The notes under the pieces were generated by a model. The model saw nothing but the letters and a program-made list of their open reading frames with translations, was not told the origin of the DNA and searched no databases. A DNA stretch of 63,420 nt, the filler included. It is 6 parts of 6 records of this genome, joined end to end, with 100 filler letters (N's around TTAATTAATTAA, not from the genome) between each part and the next. Parts side by side here need not be neighbours in the genome. Positions count along the whole stretch, not along the records: positions 27,083 to 35,082 come from DRR723986_18272; positions 35,183 to 45,620 come from DRR723986_18285; 4 more parts are not named here. One strand, 5' to 3'. The position numbers and the translations under genes were made by a program. Positions 27,748-37,543 of this stretch are shown piece after piece (position 1 is the first letter of the stretch; the number at the start of each line of letters is the position of its first letter).

Positions 27748-27798
27748 GGCCGGTGGCCTTTTCAGGCCGGTTATGGCCCGGCGAAGTTGGAAACTGCC

Positions 27799-28164
27799 TT
27801 ACTGGCAGAAGCGGTACTGTCCGGAATAGGACAGGAAGTAGCCGGTGTTCGGATTGAACGAACGATACTTGCGGCTGCAGTAATTGTACCAGGCCGGGCT
27901 CCACGGAGCCGGACGGTAGATGACCGGGGCCGGAGCAGGTGCCGGATAGTAGGCCGGCGGAGCCGGATAGTAGGCCGGGGGCGGAGCGACATAACGCGGC
28001 TGGGAAAGTGCTGACCCGAGGATCGCGCCGGCGGCAAGGCCGCTGGCGACGCCGACGCCGACCTGCCAGCCCTTGGCGGCATGTGCGGGTGTGGCCTGAG
28101 AGGTCAGTGTGACGCCGGCAACAAGAGCCAGCGCAGAGGCGGTAACTGCAAACTTCTTGAACAT
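27799..28164 (-). CDS. BA14K family exported protein
   Basis: Signal peptide, GLAAGAILG, Pro/Tyr-rich linker, YCSRKYRSFNPNTGYFLSYSGQYRFC. Confidence 0.9.
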   Translation of the reverse strand: MFKKFAVTASALALVAGVTLTSQATPAHAAKGWQVGVGVASGLAAGAILGSALSQPRYVAPPPAYYPAPPAYYPAPAPAPVIYRPAPWSPAWYNYCSRKYRSFNPNTGYFLSYSGQYRFCQ

Positions 28165-28337
28165 GACGGTGTCCCTTCCAGTGTCGTGAGGCCCTGCTGT
28201 CCGCCTCAACTCATGAGACGAAACTAACCCGCCCCCCGGTCGGGCTCTGTGACTGGTGTCACAAGCTGTCACTTTGTCACCGGAACAGGATTTATCGGCT
28301 TTGTGGCCTCGGTTTGACCACTGCAAAAATCTTTCGC

Positions 28338-28366
28338 TTGCCGTAAGCGCCACCTGGACCTACATT
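28338..28366 (+). promoter_or_regulatory. Putative sigma70 promoter of the cold-shock gene (long 5' UTR)
   Basis: TTGCCG-N17-TACATT about 180 nt upstream of the ATG; long leaders are typical of csp genes. Confidence 0.45.
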
Positions 28367-28547
28367 ATTCTCCATCGGTACGCGTTGTGCCGTACGGGAC
28401 TGACGAAAGACCCGGTGAGACTGACTTCGGCAGGGCTCCATCAAGCGCTGCTCTGAATTTCCAAGCTTTCCGTTTCTTGTTGACTTCTCGTTTATCCGCG
28501 CCTGCCGGAAACGGGATGGCGCATCCAACCAGCGGAAAGGTTTCTCC

Positions 28548-28760
28548 ATGCGCGAGAACGGCACCATTAAATTCTTCAACCATGACCGTGGCTTTGGCTT
28601 CATCACTCCGGAAAACGGTTCCAAGGACGTTTTCGTCCACATCACCGCATTCGAGCAGGCCGGTATCGGAACGCCCGTCGAAGGCGCGAAGATCTCCTTT
28701 GTTGCTGAAGACGACCGTCGCGGCCGCGGCAAGCAGGCTGCTCAGCTCGAGCTGCTCTAA
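28548..28760 (+). CDS. Cold-shock protein (CspA family)
   Basis: GTIKFFN..RGFGFI (RNP1) and DVFVH (RNP2). Confidence 0.95.
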   Translation: MRENGTIKFFNHDRGFGFITPENGSKDVFVHITAFEQAGIGTPVEGAKISFVAEDDRRGRGKQAAQLELL

Positions 28761-28812
28761 GGTTTCAGGCTGCAGCCTCCGTCCGGGGACGGCTGGCGCG
28801 GATTGAACAACG

Positions 28813-28841
28813 AAAAACGGGACCGAAAGGTCCCGTTTTTT
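28813..28841 (+). terminator. Intrinsic (bidirectional) terminator
   Basis: AAAAA-CGGGACC-GAAA-GGTCCCG-TTTTTT. Confidence 0.9.
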
Positions 28842-28892
28842 GTTTGTTTTTGAGGATGAAACCAAGCCTCGTATCTTCACCCACTCAGGGCT

Positions 28893-28972
28893 GTCTCGAG
28901 GGATGGGCGGCAACCGCCTGAACAAGTGGCCCATCCTTCGAGACTGACCTGGCGGTCCTCCTCAGGATGAGG
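28893..28972. repeat. Palindromic intergenic repeat family A, second copy
   Basis: GTCTCGAGGGATGGGC...GCCCATCCTTCGAGAC...CCTCAGGATGAGG; matches 1-85. Confidence 0.75.
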
Positions 28973-29008
28973 TTTAATGTGCGGAAAAGCTCCAGGTCGC
29001 CACACGCC

Positions 29009-30052
29009 TTACGCCATGCAGTCCAGCAGTTCCTTCTCGCCAATGACACCGACGATGGAGCCGCTTGCTTTCACGACGACCGGATCCTTGCTGGACTTTT
29101 TCAGCTGGGCGACTTCACGCACCGAAGCGTCGGCATCGCAGGTCAGGGCGCTGGCGAGCGAACCCGGCAAGCTGCCCGGAGGCACCATGATGTCGCGCGC
29201 GCGCAGCACGTTCAGCGGGTTCATGTGGCTGACGAATTCGGCCACATAGTCGGTTGCCGGAGACTTGACGATTTCCTGCGACGTACCCAGCTGGATCACC
29301 CGTCCACCTTCCATGATTGCGATGCGCGAGCCGATCTTGGCCGCTTCATCGAGATCGTGGCTGACGAAGATGATGGTCCGGTTGAGTTCCTTCTGCAGGT
29401 CGAGCAACTCGTCCTGCAGCTTGTCGCGGATGAGCGGGTCGAGAGCCGAGAACGGTTCGTCCATCAGCAGAAGCGGCGCGTCGGTCGCAAAGGCGCGAGC
29501 GAGGCCAACACGCTGCTGCATGCCGCCCGATAGCTCGTGTACGTGCTTTTCGCCCCAGCCGTTCAGGCCAACCAGCTTGAGCTGCGCCTCTACCTTTGCG
29601 GCTCGCTCCTTTGCGGGCATGCCGGCAAGCTCCAGGCCAAAGCCGACGTTCTCCGCCACCGTGCGCCAGGGCAGAAGACCGAACTGCTGGAAAACCATGC
29701 CGATCCGGTGCCGGCGCAATTCCCTCAGATCGTTCTCAGAGCAGGTTTCCGGATTGACGTATCGTTTGCCGTCATGAACCTGCACCTCGCCCCGGATGAC
29801 CGGGTTAAGTCCGTTGACGGCCCGGAGCAGCGTCGACTTGCCGGAGCCGGACAGCCCCATCAGCACGATGACTTCGCCTTCGTAGATGTCGAAGGTCGCA
29901 CCGGCGACACCGAGGATCTGGCCGGTTTCTGCCTGGATTTCCTGCCGGGTCTTGCCGGCATCGATCATGGGCAGAGCCGTGTGAGGCTTTTCGCCGAAAA
30001 CGATGTCGACGTCCTTGAAGGAAACGACAGCTGATTTGTTGGTCTCGCTCAT
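29009..30052 (-). CDS. choV: Choline ABC transporter ATP-binding subunit
   Basis: GLSGSGKS, LSGGMQQRVGLARA, MDEPFSALDPLIR. Confidence 0.92.
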   Translation of the reverse strand: MSETNKSAVVSFKDVDIVFGEKPHTALPMIDAGKTRQEIQAETGQILGVAGATFDIYEGEVIVLMGLSGSGKSTLLRAVNGLNPVIRGEVQVHDGKRYVNPETCSENDLRELRRHRIGMVFQQFGLLPWRTVAENVGFGLELAGMPAKERAAKVEAQLKLVGLNGWGEKHVHELSGGMQQRVGLARAFATDAPLLLMDEPFSALDPLIRDKLQDELLDLQKELNRTIIFVSHDLDEAAKIGSRIAIMEGGRVIQLGTSQEIVKSPATDYVAEFVSHMNPLNVLRARDIMVPPGSLPGSLASALTCDADASVREVAQLKKSSKDPVVVKASGSIVGVIGEKELLDCMA

Positions 30053-30891
30053 CGTTTGCCTCCCTCTTCGGCGCGGAAGAAGCGGTCAAGCACGATGGCG
30101 ATCAGGACGATACAGACACCAACTTCGAAACCTTGGGCGATGTTCACCGTGTTCAGGGCCCGCAACGTCGGCACGCCGAGGCCGTCTGCACCGACAAGGG
30201 CGGCAATCACGACCATGGACAGCGACAGCATGATCGTCTGCGTCAGGCCAGCCATGATCTGCGGCAGGGCGTAGGGCAGCTCGATTTTCCAGAGCAGCTG
30301 CGATTTGGTGGCTCCAAAGGCCTTTCCGGCTTCGATCAGCGCGGTCGGCGTCGAGGAGACGCCGAGCTGCGTCAGGCGGATCGGTGCGGGAATGGCAAAG
30401 ATGACGGTCGCGATGAGACCGGGCACCATGCCGAGACCGAATAGGATCAGTGCCGGGATCAGGTAAACGAAGGTCGGGATGGTTTGCATCAGGTCCAGCA
30501 CGGGACGAAGTGCGGCGTAGAACCGGGGTCGATGCGCGGCCAGCACGCCGACAGGCACGCCGACCACCATACAGACCACGGACGCGGCAACCACCAGCGC
30601 CAGGGTTTCGGTCGTTTCTTCCCAGTAGCCCTGGTTGATAATCAGCAGCAGGGAAATTGCCACGAAAGCCGCAAAGGATATGGTCCTGTGGACCAGGTAG
30701 CCGATGGCGACGGCGACAACAACGATGACCAATGGATGCGGCGTCTGCAGCAACCAGAGGATTCCGTCTATCAGCGTTTCGAGAATTGCCGAGATTCCGT
30801 CAAACACCCAATAGGCGTTGTCGGTGAGCCAATCGACCAAGGTGCGCGCCCATGGCCCGATCGGCAACTTGTGTTCTGTGAGCCAGTCCAC
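30049..30891 (-). CDS. choW: Choline ABC transporter permease
   Basis: RPVLDLMQTIPTFVYLIP, EAA-type loop; operon context. Confidence 0.92.
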   Translation of the reverse strand: MDWLTEHKLPIGPWARTLVDWLTDNAYWVFDGISAILETLIDGILWLLQTPHPLVIVVVAVAIGYLVHRTISFAAFVAISLLLIINQGYWEETTETLALVVAASVVCMVVGVPVGVLAAHRPRFYAALRPVLDLMQTIPTFVYLIPALILFGLGMVPGLIATVIFAIPAPIRLTQLGVSSTPTALIEAGKAFGATKSQLLWKIELPYALPQIMAGLTQTIMLSLSMVVIAALVGADGLGVPTLRALNTVNIAQGFEVGVCIVLIAIVLDRFFRAEEGGKR

Positions 30892-30974
30892 GCCACTGCT
30901 CCGGTATTATTGTTCTTGGAAAACCAGTGGCGCCGGGCAGGAGACCCGCACCGGCGCCAGATTTTGGTCAGCGA

Positions 30975-31919
30975 TCAGAGACCGAGAGCCCCTTTGACGG
31001 CCGCGAAACTGTCGCCGCCATCAAAAGTCTTCACGCCGACGAGCCAGTTTTCGAAGGTTGCCGGATGCTCCTTCAACCAGGCGGCTGCCGCCTTGTTGGG
31101 ATCCTCACCCTCGATCAGGATGGCACCCATGATCTCGTTTTCCATGGGCAGCGAGAATTCCAGGTTTTCAAGCAGCTTGCCGACGTTCGGGCATTCCTTG
31201 ACATAGCCGGCACGCACGTTGGTGTAGACGGTGGCTCCGCCATAGTTCGGGCCGAAAATGTCGTCGCCGCCTTCAAGATACTTCATCTTGAAATTGGCGT
31301 TCATCGGGTGCGGTTCCCAGCCGAGGAAGACGATGTCCGCCTCGCGGCGGTTTGCACGGGCGACCTGCGCAAGCATGCCCTGCTCGGAGGATTCCACCAC
31401 TTCGAAGCCTTCCAGTTCGAAGAGGTTTTCATCGATCATGCCGATGATCAGGCGGTTGCCGTCATTGCCCGGTTCGATGCCGTAGATCTTGCCGTCGAGA
31501 TCGTCCTTGAACTTGGCGATGTCCTGGAAGCTCTTCAGGCCTTTTTCGTAGGTGTATTCCGGAACGGCAAGCGTGTACTTCGCGCCTTCCAGATTGGCCC
31601 GGACCGTTTCCACGGAGCCGTCTTCGCGATAGGCCTTGATGTCACCTTCCATGGTCGGCATCCAGTTGCCGAGGAAGATGTCGATGTCCTTGTTCTTCAG
31701 CGACGCATAGGTCACCGGAACGGACAGGATTTTGACTTCCGGCTTGTAGCCGAGCGCTTCCAGGACGACCGAGGTTGCGGCGGTGGTTGCCGTGATGTCA
31801 GTCCAGCCGACGTCGGAGAAGCGAACCGTCTGGCAGCTTTCCGGATCGTTTGCCAGGGCGGTTCCCGTGAGCATCAGCCCGAGCGCCAGGCCTCCAGCGA
31901 GTTTCGCTGCTACTTTCAT
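30975..31919 (-). CDS. choX: Choline ABC transporter substrate-binding protein
   Basis: Signal peptide, FSDVGWTDI, LGNWMP, GWEPHPMN. Confidence 0.93.
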   Translation of the reverse strand: MKVAAKLAGGLALGLMLTGTALANDPESCQTVRFSDVGWTDITATTAATSVVLEALGYKPEVKILSVPVTYASLKNKDIDIFLGNWMPTMEGDIKAYREDGSVETVRANLEGAKYTLAVPEYTYEKGLKSFQDIAKFKDDLDGKIYGIEPGNDGNRLIIGMIDENLFELEGFEVVESSEQGMLAQVARANRREADIVFLGWEPHPMNANFKMKYLEGGDDIFGPNYGGATVYTNVRAGYVKECPNVGKLLENLEFSLPMENEIMGAILIEGEDPNKAAAAWLKEHPATFENWLVGVKTFDGGDSFAAVKGALGL

Positions 31920-32063
31920 ATGTATACCTCCTATGGAAAGTCTGTTTTCTTGTTTTTCTGCAGGGCATGGGGTGTCAGTGTGGTTCTAACGCCCTCAGTT
32001 TCCTCTGCCCACAGCCTGCCTAACCTAGATCCAAACATCCACGGGAAAAAATTGCAAGTTTTC

Positions 32064-32081
32064 ATTGATTGACTGATCAAT
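32064..32081. promoter_or_regulatory. BetI operator
   Basis: ATTGATTGACTGATCAAT containing the ATTGA-N4-TCAAT palindrome, between divergent choX and betI. Confidence 0.75.
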
Positions 32082-32283
32082 TAAAAATAAAACTTGGATG
32101 TGAGACGAACGCGGCAAGGCGCATTCAGAGGCTCTTGAGAAGGCTTTTCCTTCTCCTTGACGCTGCTGCACCATGATCGTGACGATCGGTAACCGGACTT
32201 GTTCTTGTCCGGATGTGCCGCCGTCTGATCATCGCCAGAAACGCTGAGCCGAATTCTTCTCTCGCCCTGTGTCGGAGGTTGAA

Positions 32284-32886
32284 ATGCCCAAGGTCGGAAT
32301 GGAAGCGGAACGGCGGCGCAGTCTGATTGACGCGACGGTCGATGCCATACACGAACGCGGCTACAGCGACGTGACCATGGCGCAGATCGCAAAGCGCGCA
32401 GGCGTTTCCGGCGGTCTTGTGCATCACTATTTCGGCTCCAAGGACCAGTTGCTTGCCGCAACCATGCGCCATCTCCTGACCGAACTCGGCAGGGCGATCC
32501 GCGAGAGCCTGGAAAAGGCGGAGACCCCGCGCGAGCGTATTTCGGCAATCATTGCCGGCAACTTTGCAGTCGACCAGTTTCAGCCCGCCGTGATCGCGGC
32601 CTGGCTCGCCTTCTACGTTCAGTCGCGTACCACCGACAGCAACAATCGTCTTCTGAATATCTATTCGGCAAGGCTCGCCTCGAACCTGACCCACAATCTG
32701 AGGGCCTTCATGCCTCAGGACGAAGCACGCCGGATTGCAGAAGGCACGGCGTCGATGATTGACGGCGTCTGGATCCGGCAAGCCCTGCGCGACGGCAAGA
32801 CCGACCGGCCGGCCGCGATCGAGCTGGTCGAGGACTATGTGGAAACCCAGATTGCCGTCCACCTGGCGCGCAATACCAAGAATTGA
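32284..32886 (+). CDS. betI: Choline-responsive TetR family repressor
   Basis: MPKVGME..RR, HHYFGSKDQLL, IDGVW; GGAGG SD. Confidence 0.95.
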   Translation: MPKVGMEAERRRSLIDATVDAIHERGYSDVTMAQIAKRAGVSGGLVHHYFGSKDQLLAATMRHLLTELGRAIRESLEKAETPRERISAIIAGNFAVDQFQPAVIAAWLAFYVQSRTTDSNNRLLNIYSARLASNLTHNLRAFMPQDEARRIAEGTASMIDGVWIRQALRDGKTDRPAAIELVEDYVETQIAVHLARNTKN

Positions 32887-32901
32887 GCAGCTAGGATCAA
32901 C

Positions 32902-34560
32902 ATGAGCGACCAGTTCGACTTCATCATCGTCGGAGCCGGATCCGCCGGCTGTGCGATGGCCTACCGCCTGTCGGAAGACCCGAGCAACAGGGTGCTTGTG
33001 CTGGAATTCGGCGGCACCGATGTCGGTCCGCTGATCCAGATGCCGGCTGCCCTGTCCTACCCGATGAACATGCCGCTGTATGACTGGGGGTACACCAGCG
33101 AACCGGAACCGCATCTGGAGGGCCGGCGCCTGGCCACACCGCGTGGCAAGGTGATCGGTGGATCGTCCTCCATCAACGGCATGGTGTATGTGCGTGGCCA
33201 TGCCTGCGACTTCGACACCTGGGAAGAGATGGGTGCGAGCGGCTGGGGGTATCGCCATGTGCTGCCGTACTACAAGCGCCAGGAGCACAGCCATGGCGGC
33301 CAGGACGGCTGGCGCGGCACCAACGGTCCGCTGCATGTCCAGCGCGGAACGAAGTGGAACCCGCTGTTCGACGCCTTCAAGACAGCCGGCGAGCAGGCGG
33401 GCTATGGCGTGACCGCCGACTACAATGGCGAGCGTCAGGAAGGCTTCGGCGACATGGAAATGACGGTCCATCGGGGCCGTCGCTGGTCTGCCGCAAACGC
33501 CTATCTGAAGCCGGCACTGAAGCGCGGTAACCTGACCCTGTTCAAGGGGGCTCTCGTGCGCCGGATCCTGATCGAGGACAAGCGCGCGGTCGGTGTGGAA
33601 TTCGAAACCGGCGGCGAGGTCCGCGAGGCAAAAGCTGCCCGCGAAGTGATCCTGTCGGCGTCTTCCATCAATTCGCCGAAGATCCTGATGCAGTCCGGCA
33701 TCGGCCCGGCGGCGCATCTTGCCGAAATGGGGATCGACGTCGTGGCCGACCGGCCGGGCGTCGGTGCCAACCTGCAGGATCATCTGGAGCTTTATCTTCA
33801 GCAGGCCTGCACCCAGCCGATCACGCTCTACAAGCACTGGAACCTGTTCTCCAAGGCGGTGATCGGGGCTCAGTGGCTGTTCCTGAAGCAGGGTCTCGGT
33901 GCATCGAACCAGTTCGAAAGCTGCGCTTTCATTCGCTCCAAGGCGGGCGTGAAATATCCTGATATCCAGTATCACTTCCTGCCCTTCGCCGTGCGCTACG
34001 ACGGACAGGCAGCAGCCGAAGGCCATGGTTTCCAGGCCCATGTCGGACCGATGCGCTCCAAATCGCGCGGCCGTATCAAGCTGACCTCCAGCGATCCGAA
34101 GGCCAAGCCGTCGATCCTGTTCAACTACATGTCCCACGAAGACGACTGGGAAGACTTCCGCACCTGTATCCGCCTGACCCGCGAGATCTTCGGCCAGGAG
34201 GCGTTTGCCCCCTATCGAGGCAAGGAGATCCAACCGGGAGACAGTGTGCAGAGCGACGAGGACCTGAACGGCTTCATCCGCGAACACGTGGAAAGCGCCT
34301 ATCATCCATGCGGCACTTGCCGGATGGGGGCGAAGGATGATGCCATGGCCGTGGTCGACCCTGAATGCCGGGTAATCGGCGTTGACGGGCTTCGTGTTGC
34401 CGACAGTTCCATCTTTCCGCAAATCACCAATGGCAATCTGAATGCCCCCTCGATTATGGTCGGGGAGAAGGCATCGGACCATATTCTCGGCAAGACCCCG
34501 CTGCCCGCGGCCAACCAGGAACCGTGGATCCACCCGGACTGGCAATCCAGCCAGCGATGA
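32902..34560 (+). CDS. betA: Choline dehydrogenase
   Basis: [36 protein letters not shown]. Confidence 0.97.
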   Translation: MSDQFDFIIVGAGSAGCAMAYRLSEDPSNRVLVLEFGGTDVGPLIQMPAALSYPMNMPLYDWGYTSEPEPHLEGRRLATPRGKVIGGSSSINGMVYVRGHACDFDTWEEMGASGWGYRHVLPYYKRQEHSHGGQDGWRGTNGPLHVQRGTKWNPLFDAFKTAGEQAGYGVTADYNGERQEGFGDMEMTVHRGRRWSAANAYLKPALKRGNLTLFKGALVRRILIEDKRAVGVEFETGGEVREAKAAREVILSASSINSPKILMQSGIGPAAHLAEMGIDVVADRPGVGANLQDHLELYLQQACTQPITLYKHWNLFSKAVIGAQWLFLKQGLGASNQFESCAFIRSKAGVKYPDIQYHFLPFAVRYDGQAAAEGHGFQAHVGPMRSKSRGRIKLTSSDPKAKPSILFNYMSHEDDWEDFRTCIRLTREIFGQEAFAPYRGKEIQPGDSVQSDEDLNGFIREHVESAYHPCGTCRMGAKDDAMAVVDPECRVIGVDGLRVADSSIFPQITNGNLNAPSIMVGEKASDHILGKTPLPAANQEPWIHPDWQSSQR

Positions 34561-34605
34561 TCCCCGGCAGTCCAACGGCAGACACACAGACCAAGGAGCC
34601 AACCC

Positions 34606-35082
34606 ATGCGCGCCCAACCGCAAGCGTCCCATTATGTCGGCGGCTCATATGTCGAGAGCCAGAGCGGCACTCCCTTTGACTCGCTGTATCCCGCAACCGG
34701 TGAAGTCATCGCGCAGATCCGCGCGGCCGACGATGCCGTGATCGAGGCGGCAATCCGCTCTGCCCAGGAAGGCCAGAAGGTCTGGGCGGCAACACCAGCA
34801 GCCGAACGCGGCCGGGTGCTGCGCCGGGCGGCCGAGATCCTGCGTGAAAAGAACCGGGAACTCTCCATTCTGGAAACGCTCGATACCGGCAAGCCCTTGC
34901 AGGAAACCCTGATTGCCGATGCTGCGTCCGGCGCCGACTGCCTGGAATACTTCGGTGGTCTGGCCGCAACGCTTACCGGCGAACATATCGATCTGGGCGG
35001 CTCCTTCGCCTACACCAAGCGCGAACCGCTCGGCATCTGTTTCGGCATCGGCGCCTGGAACTATCCGATCCAGATCGCCTGC
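34606..35082 (+). CDS. betB: Betaine aldehyde dehydrogenase (3' partial)
   Basis: [21 protein letters not shown]; follows betA. Confidence 0.93.
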
Positions 35083-35182
35083 NNNNNNNNNNNNNNNNNN
35101 NNNNNNNNNNNNNNNNNNNNNNNNNNTTAATTAATTAANNNNNNNNNNNNNNNNNNNNNNNNNNNNNNNNNNNNNNNNNNNN
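35083..35182. other. Artificial contig spacer
   Basis: N-run with TTAATTAATTAA. Confidence 0.99.
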
Positions 35183-35381
35183 GGGCTGTGACTGGATCGT
35201 CGCCAATGACGTCTCCGGCGACGTCATGGGCGGCACGGAAAACGAGATCGCGCTCGTCACTCGCGACGGTGTCGACCGCTGGCCCCGCATGGGCAAGGAC
35301 GAGGTTGCCCGCCGCCTCGCGCAGAAGATCGCGGACGCCCTCGATGGCTCCGATGACGATGTGAGACTGGCCGCCGAATAG
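35183..35381 (+). CDS. coaBC: Phosphopantothenoylcysteine synthetase/decarboxylase, C-terminal fragment
   Basis: Manual translation [15 protein letters not shown]...KDEVARRL; upstream of dut. Confidence 0.88.
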
Positions 35382-35433
35382 CAGCGTCCCTGCCTGCTTG
35401 ACTTGGCCTGCCGACTCCCGCACCGCTGCGGGC

Positions 35434-35889
35434 ATGAACGAGGTTAATGTCGCGGTCCTGCCGCTCCCGCATTTCGAAGGGCTCCAGCTGCCCGCCTATG
35501 AAACTGCCGGTTCCGCCGGAATGGATGTGCGCGCCGCCGTGCCGGAAGGGGAGCCGGTGATATTGGCCCCGGGTGAACGGGCCATGGTGCCGACCGGTCT
35601 CTCCGTGGCGATCCCGCAAGGCTACGAGATCCAGGTGCGCCCGCGCTCCGGCCTCGCGGCCAAGTACGGCCTGACCTGCCTGAACACCCCCGGAACGATC
35701 GACAGCGATTATCGCGGTGAGATCAAGGTGATCCTCATCAATCTCGGCCAGGAGGCTTTCACCATCCAGCGCGGTGAACGCATCGCCCAGCTGGTGCTCG
35801 CCCCGGTGACCCGCCTCGCCTGGCAGGCGGTCGACAGTCTCGACGAGACCGATCGAGGCGCAGGGGGCTTCGGCTCCACGGGCCGCTAG
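35434..35889 (+). CDS. dut: dUTP diphosphatase
   Basis: [35 protein letters not shown]. Confidence 0.97.
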   Translation: MNEVNVAVLPLPHFEGLQLPAYETAGSAGMDVRAAVPEGEPVILAPGERAMVPTGLSVAIPQGYEIQVRPRSGLAAKYGLTCLNTPGTIDSDYRGEIKVILINLGQEAFTIQRGERIAQLVLAPVTRLAWQAVDSLDETDRGAGGFGSTGR

Positions 35890-35892
35890 GAT

Positions 35893-35927
35893 CCGGGCGC
35901 TCGTTTCCGGGCGCTCGTTTCCGGGCG
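35893..35927. repeat. 14-bp tandem repeat x2.5
   Basis: CCGGGCGCTCGTTT CCGGGCGCTCGTTT CCGGGCG. Confidence 0.8.
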
Positions 35928-36025
35928 ATCCTTCCCGTTTTCCCGATTTCATGCGATTTTCCTTGAACAGGTGTTCATGGAACACCATATATCGTTTGTC
36001 GATATGAATTGGGAGGATGGGGTCC

Positions 36026-36256
36026 ATGGATCCGTTTCAGATGGTCGTGATTATCGTGCTGATTTCGGTCGGTGCCGGAACGATCAACAATTACATCAAG
36101 ATGAAACACAGCCGGGCTGCCGACGATGCCAGTGATGCGGAGTTCGAGAAGATGGCCAACGAAGTGTCCCGCCTGAAAGAACGGGTCCGCGTCCTCGAAA
36201 AGATCGTCACCGATGGCGACAAGCGCCTCAGCGAGGAGATTTCCCGGCTCGCATGA
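36026..36256 (+). CDS. Small membrane-anchored coiled-coil protein (PspB/PspC-tail-like)
   Basis: N-terminal TM; LKERVRVLEKIVTD...LSEEISRL; start 36017 or 36026. Confidence 0.7.
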   Translation: MDPFQMVVIIVLISVGAGTINNYIKMKHSRAADDASDAEFEKMANEVSRLKERVRVLEKIVTDGDKRLSEEISRLA

Positions 36257-36302
36257 GCCTCGAAAGGCCGCCCCATCCACCCATTGAACAGGAGATAAGA
36301 TA

Positions 36303-36497
36303 ATGCCGTTGCTATATCCATTTGTGGTCTTTCTCCTGTTGCTGATCCTCGCCACGCTGATCCGCGGGCCGGAGCGCCCGAAAGCATCCAGCCGGAAGGA
36401 TGAGGAGCTCTCCCGGTTGCGCGACCGCGTGGAGGTTCTTGAGCGTGCCGTACTGGATCAGGACCGCGACCTGCGCCGGAAATTCGACGGTCTTTGA
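36303..36497 (+). CDS. Second small PspB-like membrane protein
   Basis: TM; LRDRVEVLERAVLD...LRRKFDGL; AGGAG SD. Confidence 0.65.
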   Translation: MPLLYPFVVFLLLLILATLIRGPERPKASSRKDEELSRLRDRVEVLERAVLDQDRDLRRKFDGL

Positions 36498-36503
36498 TCC
36501 CCG

Positions 36504-37391
36504 TTATTCCCGCAGGTTCGCCAGCCAGTCCGTGATCGCGCGGGCAAGTTCGCCTGGCACTTCCGGCAACAGCGCGTGGCCAGCCCCATCGATCCGGACA
36601 GCCGTGACCTGGTCCCCCAGTTCCGCTTCCAGCAGGTCAATCGTATCGGCCGGTGGGGCGATCGAATCCTGCAGCCCGGCGATGACCAGCATTGGCTTGC
36701 CGCCTGCCTCCCACCAGAGCGGAGACTCCACGGACCGGGTTGCGGCGCCCTGCAGGCGGGCCGTTTCCATGTGCCAGCCACGCAGCCAGTAATCCGGAAT
36801 GTCGTTACCCTCGGCGAAGAACCCGTAGCGGACTGCTTCCTGGTGTTGTTCCGGCGTCAGACTCGGATCGAAGCTCTGCATCAGGGCGTTATTTGCCTTT
36901 TCCGGGATCGGCTTCAGCCCGCCGGCGGCCAGCAGGATGACACCGCGCACCTGGTCCGGGTGCCGCGTGGCAACGGCACGGGCAAGCCGGTTGCCAAAGG
37001 CATGGCCCAGCACAACGACTGGTGCGTCCCGCGTTTTCAGATAGATGGCGGCATCGTCGGCCAGGTCGAACAGGCTGGGGGCTTCAACGGATGCCTGTGT
37101 TCCGTTGATTGCCGGGGCTTCGAACAGGGTGACGCTGTATCCGGCGCCCGCGAGATGCTGTGCAAGTTCGTTGAAATCGCTGGCTTCGCGTCCGGCGCTG
37201 GCGAACATGACGACCTCCAGTCCCGTGCCTGAGCTATAAGCTTTCAGCCGCGTCGAACCCTCCTCATATCTCCAGGTATCGCCGATCGGGGCGCGGGCAA
37301 TATCACCGGGGGCATACGGGGGAGGGGACATACAGGCGCTCACAAGGCTGGCGAGAAGAAACAGGGGCAGGGCGAAAAGGGATCTCATCAT
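36504..37391 (-). CDS. Alpha/beta hydrolase-fold lipoprotein lacking the nucleophilic Ser
   Basis: Lipobox LVSAC; GHAFG elbow; GLQDSI acid; GAGHAL His. Confidence 0.8.
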   Translation of the reverse strand: MMRSLFALPLFLLASLVSACMSPPPYAPGDIARAPIGDTWRYEEGSTRLKAYSSGTGLEVVMFASAGREASDFNELAQHLAGAGYSVTLFEAPAINGTQASVEAPSLFDLADDAAIYLKTRDAPVVVLGHAFGNRLARAVATRHPDQVRGVILLAAGGLKPIPEKANNALMQSFDPSLTPEQHQEAVRYGFFAEGNDIPDYWLRGWHMETARLQGAATRSVESPLWWEAGGKPMLVIAGLQDSIAPPADTIDLLEAELGDQVTAVRIDGAGHALLPEVPGELARAITDWLANLRE

Positions 37392-37543
37392 GTTTTCTCT
37401 TTTGGCGCTGACAGGTGTGAGAAGGTCTTGCTGAAAGCCTTGTCAGGCAAGGTGCTTAACGCGGCCCGAAAAATTCGATCTGCCGCTTTTGGCAATCCTC
37501 CAGAAGATTGTGGTTCTATCAACCCAAGAGAGGGGAAAATGCC

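Noticed and set aside
32125-34632. 835-aa antisense ORF over betI/betA
   Set aside because: Same GC-driven shadow effect; the sense genes are unambiguous.
35893-35927. 14-bp tandem repeat after dut as a functional element
   Set aside because: Only 2.5 copies; most simply a slippage duplication.
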